The position numbers and the translations under genes were made by a program. A stretch of DNA of 63,063 nucleotides, counting the filler, from Lenisia limosa (lineage: Eukaryota > Protista > Breviatea): the NCBI GenBank assembly GCA_001655205.1. It is 13 parts of 13 records of this genome, joined end to end, with 100 filler letters (N's around TTAATTAATTAA, not from the genome) between each part and the next. Parts side by side here need not be neighbours in the genome. Positions count along the whole stretch, not along the records: positions 22,995 to 44,957 come from LPNZ01010334.1; 12 more parts are not named here. One strand, written 5' to 3'. Below, in pieces: positions 25,901 through 37,229 of the stretch; the stretch's first letter is position 1, and the number at the start of each line of letters is the position of its first letter. The notes beneath the pieces are model-generated. The model had not been told where the DNA came from. It worked only from the letters and a program-made list of their open reading frames with translations, and made no database searches.

Positions 25901-27018
25901 CTGGTTCAACAACTTTGTAATCGTTTTAGTTCTCCTACATACTCCCCTAGTAGCCCAACTTACTCGCCAAGGTTGGTACTTATGAAACCCTGATGCTTAT
26001 GGATGATGCTTTGGAGGCGATTTGAAACGGGCATAGATATTTATTTGAATTACCTTTGTAATTGCTTTAGTTCACCTACCTACTCTCCGAGCAGTCCTAC
26101 ATACTCCCCTAGTAGCCCAACTTACTCGCCAAGGTTTGTGCTCAAACTTGCCAAAAGAAATCCGTTTCCACAAAACATGTCTTCGTTGCAGTGATCGTTC
26201 TCTTTCTGATCGCNNNNNNNNNNCCCTACATATTCGCCTAGTAGCCCCACCTATTCGCCTAGCACCAGTAGCCCATCGAACTCACCAAAGTTTGCTTCTT
26301 CCTTTTTTTTTGCTTAATCTGACAACCCATTTCAACTCACGCTTTTGATTGCTTTTGATGACCTTTTTCAGTTCAACGAACTACTCTCCCGCGACTAACA
26401 CTACTGTCCTGTCGCCTAGTAGCCCAACTTACTCTCCCACTANNNNNNNNNNTCCTACATACTCCCCTAGTAGCCCAACTTACTCGCCAAGGTTTGCACA
26501 TTCAAAACTCTAATGCACGATTATGTGATAAAGAGCTGTAGATCTATTCGTGAAATTTTGCCATTTGGTATATTGATTGGTAATCAAAATTCTTTACAAT
26601 CCTCTAATTGCTTTAGTTCACCTACCTACTCTCCGAGCAGTCCTACATACTCCCCTAGTAGCCCAACTTACTCGCCAAGGTTTGTGCTCAAACTTGCCGA
26701 AAGAAATCCGTTTCCACAAAACATGTCTTCGTTGCAGTGATCGTTCTCTTTCTGATCGCNNNNNNNNNNTTTGATAATATTACTGATTGAAGATAATTTG
26801 AGACCTCCCTCCTCTCTTTCTGCATTACTTTCATGGTTAAACGCTTATAATTTTTTAGTTCCCCGACCTACTCGCCAAGCAGTCCGACCTATTCGCCCAG
26901 TAGCCCGACTTACTCCCCCTCTTCACCGACGTACTCCCCAACATCTCCATCCTACTCTCCCACGTCCCCGACGTACAGTCCCAGTTCACCAACCTCCACG
27001 GCTTCTAATGTGCAATAA
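22995..27018 (+). CDS. RPB1: RNA polymerase II largest subunit, 3' part including CTD (5' part not in this contig)
   Basis: [68 protein letters not shown] and [10 protein letters not shown]...GTGEFDL, followed by many YSPSSP[N/S/T] heptads and TAA at 27016-27018. About 16 GT-AG introns. Confidence 0.97.
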
Positions 27019-27639
27019 TGTAATTAGACAACAGTTTTGTTATCAAAATTGAGGGTATCTCGTCGACCTTCGTTGAGTCTGAAAAGGGATAGGTTGTTGA
27101 AGCACAGTACGTTTGAGTCTAAATTCAGAATATTAAAGGGATAAACAGGGGGGGGGGGGGCTGAGNNNNNNNNNNNNNNNNNNNNNNNNNNNNNNNNNNN
27201 NNNNNNNNNNNNNNNNCTACTCATCACGAACCGAATAATCTGAAACTAAAGCAAAAACAAAAACAATCCCGAGCCAGCCTTTTGAAGAGTCCCACCAAAG
27301 TTTTTGCACCACTCTTTATACCTTTTTGGAAATTGATAAAAATACATAGACCATCAATATACCACCATAGGGAAGAAGACCATTTTTTTTAGACCTGGAA
27401 GGATGATATGTCCTTGTACTCCGATGTTCTAGGTTTATTAAATCACAAGGCAAACGAGTTGCAGATTCTGTTGATCAAATAATACCTAGTTTTTTTGTTT
27501 CATAAATTTTCCAATTTTACTCCCCCTCCGCCTACGATTCAATGTACGTGTTTCCAAGGTCTTGTGTGGGCGTTCCCCTTCCAACCTAGATCTTTTGAGA
27601 AAAAATCGAGGGTTTCGTGGGAAAGACCCGTCCTATATA

Positions 27640-30485
27640 ATATTTCATCTCTCAGTCAAATTTTACAGAATAAGATCAAAACTGTTAACTTCTGCCTCCC
27701 CTCGCCCACTTCCGAACAGGCCGCCGCGAGAGCCGTGGGAAGCGTTTCAGTCTCAAGAGGTTTGAATGCAACCGGAACAAAGTGGCCCTCTGCGTTGCGC
27801 GTGTACACCACGCTCACCTGGGGGGAGTAAAATTGGAAAATTTATGAAATGAAATAACCCAAATCAACTCTGTTNNNNNNNNNNNNNNNNNNNNNNNNNN
27901 NNNNNNNNNNNNNNNNNNNNNNNNNNNNNNNNNNNNNNNNNNNNNNNNNNNNNNNNNNNNNNNNNNNNNNNNNNNNNTCAACTCTGGGGGTGAAACAGAA
28001 CGAATCCAGTATTGATGAAGGTGGTCTTGCGCCGACTTCGACGATGGGTTACCCATGTTACCCTGAAGTAAAACACCCAACACGCTCACCTGGTCTGCTG
28101 AGGGGGTGACGCGTTCAATGCTCTGTGTGAGGCTGTAGTCGTGAACAACGCGGGACGCCTAAGGGGTCAGAGATTTTGTCCAAATGGGTCTAAAGAATGG
28201 CTTACAGAAGGGGTAGGTTGGCTGGGTGTTGCATTTTCGCGCTCCACCGCAGCCGACGGTCCGCTCAGCATCGCCAATCGCTCAGATGACGGAGAAGGAC
28301 TGGGGAGGGACAAGAGTGACGTGGAAAGGCAAACAAAAAGAGGGCAAGAGGGGACAGACCACCTCAATACCTTGGAGAAGGAGATGGGGACGGTTCAACG
28401 AGCATGATAGGATCTGTGTCAGGATCTTCGGTTCCCTAAGTGGAGGAGAAGTGAACATAACAATAAAACATTCGGTCAAACTCGGAACATTCTTACCTGG
28501 GTGTTTGTTGACTGTTTTGGGAATGAGACCCAAATAAACACAATGACTAAAGCCAATTATCAAATGAACAAACAACCACCAACTGAAACAAAGCCCAATG
28601 AACAGACTAGCAGCATGGGCTTGCCACGATGAGTCTTTCTCTACAGATGAGGGAAAATATAAAACAAATCCTATGACATTGAAAATAACGTTATCATACC
28701 CTCAGCAGTGAGTCTATTTTCGCGCACGATTTGTCTGTCACACAGCACACGCTTCATGAGTGTTGGTGGCCAATTTGCGGAGTTCGCACAATCGGAGAGA
28801 AGTGCATCTGATACTCGGTCAGTTCCAGATGATATGGTGTTCGTTTGAATGGAATTGATACATCCTCCCACCAGGTACTTTGCTTTCAACGTCCCAATAG
28901 ATGACACAACTGACAAGGAGCACCAGCATGATGACAATGACAAAAACCTGATTGGTCAAAACTAGTAACATATTCGAAAACCTCTTTACATCTCAAATCT
29001 GGTTCTATTACTGCTTTTATGCAAAAGGCATTAACTCACAATGTTCAATCCACGGGTTAGGAACCCATTGGCCTTGTTGAACATGAAGGGGGCAAGAATT
29101 ATCAAGGCAGCGAGCATACCTAAAGAGATATTATCCCATAAAAAAAAATTTTAGTATATCACACCGTCCATATATCTGTGAATTTTCCTCTATCTGTGAT
29201 TTTTTTTTATACGAAAATTTTTGCTAAAAATATGGCATGTAACTAAGAGAATTGTCGTAACACTCNNNNNNNNNNNNNNNNNNNNNNNNNNNNNNNNNNN
29301 NNNNNNNNNNNNNNNNNNNNNNNNNNNNNNNNNNNNNNNNNNNNNNNNNNNNNNNNNNNNNNNNNNNNNNNNNNNNNNNNNNNNNNNNNNNNNNNNNNNN
29401 NNNNNNNNNNNNNNNNNNNNNNNNNNNNNNNNNNNNNNNNNNNNNNNNNNNNNNNNNNNNNNNNNNNGTAAGTTTGATGAATAAAAGAGCTTTTCATCTT
29501 ACATGTGACATAGGATATGATTACCCTGAAGAATTATTTTGGTACACACCAGTCCCTTATTGCCCACCAGCCAGACTCCCTTATTGCCCACCAAGACTCC
29601 CTGCCCACCAGCACTGGCAATTGATGTAACAGAGAACATAACTTCTATTTCATGAGTGATGTCGGCAACTTCAGGGAATTCATCCAAAGAACTGCGGAAG
29701 ATTAGAAATAATAAATAATGCGACAAGGGGGTTGTGGAAATGCGTCGGGGCTCACTCGAAAACGAAGCTTGTTTGGTCTGATGGGAGGTTCAAATGAAGG
29801 TCCAACTGATCAGCATCAAACTAAATAAAAATTAGTCAATTTAGGCTGCCTTGAATTACAACAACGTGGATAGAATCGAGATCTTCCAACAAACACTAAT
29901 TTCGTGTGTGCTGATTTTGAGGGTAAAATGGTTGAAGAAGGCAGCGACCGTTGTGCCGTTTTCCAGCGTAACATATGCGCCAATCTGGTCACTATGTGTC
30001 TGAACTGTCAGAACCACAACCTAAATAAAAGCCTCACCTGGATTTCGAAGAAGGGCATTCCGACAAAAATCTCTAAGACCACGAAGAATGCCTAAACTGT
30101 CACTATTCACAACTAAATACTGACTAATAAATATGGTGATGTATATATTAACAGGACTACATATCATAAGAAATGACACGATGACACGGTAAAGCTCGGC
30201 AAATCATCCAACTTAACTTTGNNNNNNNNNNNNNNNNNNNNNNNNNNNNNNNNNNNNNNNNNNNNNNNNNNNNNNNNNNNNNNNNNNNNNNNNNNNNNNN
30301 NNNNNNNNNNNNNNCGTGATGACACGGCTCGGGAAAATCGATTGGGTCATCTTCGATCTGCTGATTCAGCCGATTGCGGTCGCGCAACTGAAGAGACAAT
30401 TAGACACCCTGGGAAAGAAGATATTTTGGTATAGTTGAAAATATCAAGCATACCTGCGTTTTCTTGTGGAGAAGAGGGCTCCATT
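27640..30485 (-). CDS. Hypothetical multi-pass membrane protein with Pro/Ser-rich C-terminal tail, multi-exon
   Basis: Hydrophobic exons (AALIILAPFMF, FVIVIMLVLLVSCVIYW, ASLFIGLCFSWWLFVHLII) joined by GT-AG introns. Putative ATG at 30485. Confidence 0.55.
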
Positions 30486-30527
30486 TTTTCTACATTATGA
30501 TTACATCATTCCATTCATATTATAATA

Positions 30528-32285
30528 CTCTCGGACCAAAACTGTGACGGTGTTGAATATTTTATGTTTTGCAATCTCATTTTCAAAAAACGTGTTCCAG
30601 CCTGAAAAATATCACCTTTTGTAAAGAAATATTGGAAAAAATATTGTTTAATACTGAAGAATTGTTAAACAATAGCCCATTAGAGTCAAAAATGGTATAT
30701 TGAAGACATAGTTACTTCTTTTTGGCCTTTTTCTTCATCTTCGCTATCGAATTGGGACGTAACACTTTCCGATCTATCTTTAGCTCGCTTTTACTCGCAA
30801 TAACCTGAAGATTACGTCATCTCTAGCCAGTTACCACAACCGACCTGTCCTGGACGGATAACTGCCACTTGTTCACTACGGTCGAGCACAAATTTTGCAC
30901 AGGATTTAATACCAAGTCACAAGCTGGACCAACAGAGTAAACATGCTTAATTGAATCTTCAATCACTCCACAATGATTTTCGCAAAGTGCCCTCGCAAAG
31001 AGTGGAAGTTTTTCCAGTTGATTTTGGTTCCTCAACAGGGAAACTGCTTATTCACCAGATGCACCAAGATAAAGGCGTTCTTCAGTATCCAAGTTCTCAG
31101 TTCTTGGATCCATTTTGATTGCAGCTCTTGCTTGAAGGCCAATTGCTTGATCGGGTGCCAAGTCTTCTGATTCATGTAACTGAACAAATTTTCTGAATTC
31201 AACAGTATTCGAAATGGATGGTTTCTCCATGACTTTAGTGTTCCCAGAACTGAAAGATAGAGGTTTGACGCTTGCTTCTGAGGTGCATTCAAACTATTAG
31301 TTGAATAGCGCTCTGAGGTATGGATAAGTGACCTTGGTATTCTTCAGTTGATGGGCGATTAACCATTCCTTTTTGGTACTTTTCAATTGTGATAAGGTTG
31401 GGATCGAAACCCTTTGATGAATAGCCACAGTCCAATTGTGAACACTCAATTGTTTTGAATAAAGGCTCTTTCAATGAAGCAGAAAGTATTTGCATTTATT
31501 TTGGTTCTTTCATATCACTAAAAATGAAATTTCTCAGAGGACACCCACAGTCTACAATCCTGAGAGCTTCCCTTTGTTTTCTACTTACTTTGCTATGAAC
31601 ATAGCTGTCTCCAACCTATGAGATAAGTGCGTTTTACATCAAACAAGCCTGAAGAAAATGGGAAGTAAATGGAGGTTCCATGGCCGTTCGTCTCTGGGTG
31701 TATGCACTGCTTCGTATTAGGAGTAGGCAGGATCGAGCCGGGTGCTGACCAGTTTTTTTCCCCCTTTTTTACTAAGTTGGTGGGGATTGGTCTTTTTTAT
31801 CTTTTTAAATGGTTCTATTTCTGTTTATTTAAAAAATAATAATTTTCCCTGTAAGGAAATACGGAATGCATATCATTTATATCAATCTAAGTGCTTATTT
31901 CACAACGAAGTCTGTTTTGATTGGTCCCCTAAGCAGCCCCATTCTTGCAATCGGTGATAATGCAAGGAGACATGTGCCAGGTATTGATAGAAGACATACA
32001 CCTTCACTTTTCAGGCAATTTGTACAGCTTTCTTGAGAGATGGAATTAAAATATTTGTTGGCAAAGAGGAAGTCTAAGCAAAAGGGACGCTACTTAAATA
32101 GAAAAAGTTCAGTTCAGTTCAGTTTTTAAAACCGTGAATTCTTTTCAAAAAATATTGGATTAATATTTCCTTTGGCTTAAATTTACTGTTTACTTGGAAG
32201 AAAATATCAACATTTGCGTCAAGTATGACTTAAAAACTAAGAAAACAGAGCATATTACAAAATTGTCACAGTTTTGGTCCGGGAG
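30528..32285. mobile_element. 1.76-kb TIR-bounded element carrying a degenerate MULE-like transposase fragment (copy 3, minus strand)
   Basis: 21-bp TIRs CTCTCGGACCAAAACTGTGAC (30528-30548) and GTCACAGTTTTGGTCCGGGAG (32265-32285), one mismatch. The interior has DPAYS, CIH, AMF and DCGYSSKGFDP motifs shared with copies 1 and 2. Confidence 0.7.
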
Positions 32286-32299
32286 CATATACAGTGTAT

Positions 32300-34489
32300 G
32301 ATAAATGTTGAGGTTTAATTGGTCTGACATATATTCCTCGTCAAGGCTCTCAAGCTTGCCCATACCTCATCTTTGACAGGATGAATGAAGAAGCGATTAC
32401 CTGAAACAGTCAATATGCTAACTGTACAATGATAAGCACTGTTTATTAACTCCCCACTTACAAATGAACACAATAATGGCCAATGAACAACAGAATATCA
32501 TAAAGCTTGGCAATGAAGAAGCTACAAATGTAATTTTAGGAGTACTAGTCACATTCATAACTCTCTCCAAAAAAAATAAAAATAATAGCGACCCACAGAA
32601 ATCATGAAGACTTTTGTCACAGACGAGGAGCGGAATGAGGGGTGTAGGCCATTCACTTTGGTCACAGTCACTTTCAATAGAATCTATTGGTGTAAATGCA
32701 ACTCCCAGAGGGTTACTAACCTTTCAGCTGAGTCTTATAGAGCGACATCATCACCAAAATGGAGAGCAGCATGAGTCCAAACATGATCAAACTGGTCTGT
32801 GTTGTTATGTATGTGTCTGAAGAAGCAACGTCATATAGCAGATCTGTACCCCTCCACCCCACCTTCGCAGCAATTTTCCAAACCCTGAAATTGGGCTTCT
32901 TTTGAAGAGCTATGAACACCATCATGCTTGCTGTAATGCAGGAAACTGGAAGATCAACCCAGGCACCATGAGGATAGAAGGCAGTAGTGTTAACTTACCG
33001 AAAGGAAAGAATGCGATACAGATGATGAGATATCCAATCGTTTCACACTTGTCCATCACATCAGAGAAGATATCACTAAGAATGGTTAATGCAAAGCAAC
33101 GTTGATAAAATTATGTCTGGAAAGGTGATCTTTGTAAATCACATCATACGTTGCCAAGTATAACAGAGATACAACTACCACCCCACGGACCTCTTGCGGT
33201 AGTGCATAATACTCGCGTCCAAAATGCGATCGGGAGGTTCATTGGAGTTGAACTGAAACCGTTAACAGAGACTGGTACGCCTTACATCGAAACCGCTAAA
33301 CGACCAAGACGCATCAACACCGGGAAACACCAGGGACTCAGTTACGTTCTCATGCGTGACGCTAGCCGTTAAGTGTGGCTCCTGAACATTTAATGTTTTC
33401 AAGTGGGTAACAACGAAATAAAAATATCTTATATAAGATGAAGTGTCCCACATGGATTGCAATATAAGATGAAGTGTCCCACATGGATTGCAATGAAGTC
33501 ACTTCCGAGGGGCCCGAATGCAAGGACACAGAATGACTGATGTGTTAACAGACGTGTAATGACGGAAGTGACAAGGATATATATATTCTACGACCAATTT
33601 CACAGATTTACAAATATAATTATTTCGGCAGAAGTTTAACCACTATTTATTGTCTTGTTCATTTTTTGCTGGATGACACTGAAAAGCTGAAAGCAAAAAA
33701 GTTGGGGAATTAATGTTATATGTGGAAACATTCAGAAGGTACAACGAAAGGGTACATTACTTGGCATTTTTTGAGGCGTTCCATTGGCAAATGAAAATGG
33801 CAACTATCAATATTGTTTCATTTCATATTCCCTCCAAACAAACCCAATCCACCGGTTCACCACACCACCAACAATAAAGCTCAGAAAGAGTAGAAACGTT
33901 GAGCACGTAATGAGGCGGGATCGAGGAGACCATCCGAGGTCATGGCTTTGTTGTCCTGCTGCCATCCCAGGCTGTTTGTGCTTTCTGATTGTAGAAAAGA
34001 ACACTCACACAAATAATAATGGTAGTCAATCGCAAAACGCTTGAATGAAACTATGGAACAAGTATTTGTACACCGATATTATTCCAGTGTTATTATGTTA
34101 ACTATCAGAATAAATCGAAAATGCGGCCCCTTTCGAGGGAGGCTTTTAAGCTCTTTGCTGGTACAACATTTAAGCTCCAAAAACCAAAATAATTTGCAAT
34201 CGCCTGAATCGCCCAGCAATCGCCTTAGGCCTTTTTTAAACACTGATATAGAAATAATTATGAAGTATAGTTCAACATAAGGAACGCCGTTGAATTGGTA
34301 TCGACTATGGGAGCTGTTTTCACGAAACAACGACGTAAGTAACTCTTTTGCTTCTTCTAGGCAATTATCTTGAACATTTTTTATATATAATAATATTTTA
34401 TTGGGATAAGAATGAAATGGCCCAATGTGTTGAATACCCTCAATAACCATTCCATATAATAATATCACACAGACGAGGATGAAGAGCAT
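32300..34489 (-). CDS. Hypothetical multi-pass membrane protein, multi-exon
   Basis: Several TM-like spliced segments (GYLIICIAFFPF|ASMMVFIALQKKPNFRVWKIAAK|TSLIMFGLMLLSILVMMSLYKTQLK|ILLKVTV) and a possible signal peptide MLFILVCVILLYGM. The 5' exons are uncertain. Confidence 0.5.
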
Positions 34490-34507
34490 GTTGTTATCCA
34501 CAAGGCC

Positions 34508-36989
34508 ATGTCCAAGTGGGAACAAGAGACAAGAGAAGAGCTCTCCCTGCTTGTCAACAAGGTTTGTGATTGTTGAGTCTTGTATGCAGTTTTATCCATT
34601 TGAATTGGACAGTATTTCATATGTATGGATGTATCCTTAATTAATTGAGTTCATAATTTTAGGTGAAATCAAGTCTTGACAAGTCCCCAGTGGAATCCCC
34701 CAAATCCGTAACCCCTTTGCCTGGCCAACTGACCAAGGTGAGCAAATCCATGACTTCACAGCAACCAGAACTTGGTGGTACTGGACACCGACATTGGGTC
34801 GGATGTTGACGACCTTCTTGCACTGACCTACCTCGTCCATCGCGCACCGGAACGTTTGGCGGCTGTTGTCACTTCTGTCGGTACGATGTTTGATCATCAG
34901 ATAATGCTGATCACTAAATATAGCGTGTCAGTTTGTCATTTCACCTCGCATGTCTGGTCATTTCAAATCAAGATCCCCCGCTCCCCCTCTGACACTTTCA
35001 CCGATAAGGGCCGGTTAACCTTCGAAAAGCAATTGTTGAGCAAGTCTTGAGGCAATCTGGGCTAAAGGTGTGTCATTGTTCAACTTCATAGGAATAAAAT
35101 CTGCTGAGATTGTGTCTATCCCACATAGGACATCCTAAAACGAGATGCGGCAGTTTTTTTGATAGGAAGAACATTATAAACTATAAAATCTGGGATAACA
35201 CACATCAACGAATTTAAATCTCAGAAACCAGTGTTGCCTGGAGTGTCCAGACCCCTCTTTTCTGTCTACCCGCCTTTTACAACCGGGCATGAGGGTGAGG
35301 CTATTTTAACGTTTGCGGGACTGGGGAAGAGGAATTGGTTACCTCCACGTTTTTACTTTACAGCCCTGCTGAAATCAGTGGTATTGTTGACCGCCAGCTA
35401 TCAAGTCGTGATATTGTACCTGAAATCCAACCAAACGAGCTAAGTGAAGGTTGGTGAGCTTCATGCTTTGTATCTTCTCCCATATTTATCAGTTAACAAG
35501 ACAGTTGACAAGGATTCTGTACAGGCTCTTCTGGCAACCCTCCGTGAGCAAGCCCAGGAAGGCCAATTAATGTATGTGATCACGGGATCAGCATCCACTT
35601 TGGGGTGTCTTGTTAGTATGTATCCTGAAGAGGCCAAAGCAATGATCAGCGAAATCGTCATGATGGGAGGTATGTGACGCTAGCTACTGTAATTTTCTTC
35701 GTGCTGCTTATTGCATACATTTACTAATTAGCTGGTGTTAGACACAGCAGTAGCAGTCAAAGGGACAAAGATGACTTCAGTATTGCTGAAGACTTGGAGG
35801 TGGGAAAGGGAATCTCACTTCAACCTTTTTCCACCATCCTTATACATATTTGTTTGAAAGCGGAATACGTTCTATTACCCTCTAGGACGGGGAAGCGTAT
35901 CATGCCAATCCCAATCTAAATGTTCGGCATGACCCTGCGGCAGTAAAAATACTGGTCAAATCTGGTATCCGAATAAGGTATTCACAGGAAGCATATTACA
36001 TTTCTGCTATAATTATTCTTCCTTCAGTTGTTTCATTAGGATCCCCTTCTTACTTTTCTGAAGGTTTATCTCGAGTGCAATGACGGGGCAGCTCTTTTGG
36101 AATGATGGCGGACTCCAAGTGGGAATTTGTTAATCACTTTGAACTTTCGTTGTGCAATAGGCTGATTTTCACACCAAAGCTCCATTTGATACTTTAGTGG
36201 TGGATTTATGAAGCTTTCCAAAGAACTGAAGGGCAACACTCTGTAACTGTTCAGGAGGTACTGAGGACCAAAACAGGACCATTATACAAATAAATAGGAG
36301 TAATATAACATAAGTACATTCTATTGTAATATGATTTGATTTCCAAGGCTCCAAGTCTTCCCAGCTACATTCCGTCCGACCACACTTTAGATGACACATC
36401 AGGTGATTTTTATGGACTCGTATATGATATCATATGATATAATACTACATATAGTACATAATGTAATGATATAGTACATAATGTAATGATATAGTACATG
36501 TAAATCCTGCTAAGTTGCTCTTTTTGATAACAAATATAGTTCTTGTCGGAAGGGTTCTGGACAATTGGCTGGAGTATAGATCACAGAAGTTTATGACCAA
36601 AGTGTGTGGGTGAAGATGCTATTGGATGGTGCTATTCTAATTTGACAATACATCGTGAGTATTTTTTTTTAAAGTCACTAGATGCTTGGGACTTGCCCAC
36701 ATGACGTGTTGGCTGTGATTGAAGCACTGGAACCGGAAAGATTCTGCTCATACTCCAAAGGTCATATTCTGGTTCATGGGCTTGTGATGATAGATCGTGT
36801 GTTTTCTCTACAAATTTCACCCCCCAGATTGGGCCTAATGGAGAAACATGGTGGGTACCTGACCGACATAATGGCACGGTTTATAATGCTGTTGTTCTCA
36901 ACAAGGATGAAGCGTTTAGAGAGGTACATAGTTGATTTTGTTTGGGTAATTTAACCCTTAAGGTTGTAACAGGATGTTTGAATATTTGA
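34508..36989 (+). CDS. Inosine-uridine preferring nucleoside hydrolase family protein, multi-exon
   Basis: VVLDTDIGSDVDDLLAL, IVMMGG, NLNVRHDPAAVKILVKSG and CPHDVLAVIEALEPERF motifs in the expected order, with canonical introns. Confidence 0.88.
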
Positions 36990-37229
36990 GCTGTTGGCTC
37001 CCTTCCGTTGATTTTAGGTAATTATCTTTTATTATTTATTTGTTTATTTATTCTGTGACTTATGCGAAGAAATACATAATACTACAATACAACCTTTACA
37101 TTGGGGATGTCATCTATCTCCTAAAAACTGGAGGTCGTTGCTGGGAGAAAACCTGCATCTGTAAGCAAAGATACACGAGAACCGACTAATCACAAAGTAC
37201 AAAAACTATTCGCATGATAACACCAATCC

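Noticed and set aside
34749-34790. Programmed +1 frameshift at the start of the nucleoside hydrolase (ATG ACT...CTT G)
   Set aside because: That ATG lies in a short GTGAG...CAG intron. Splicing from upstream exons gives an open frame.
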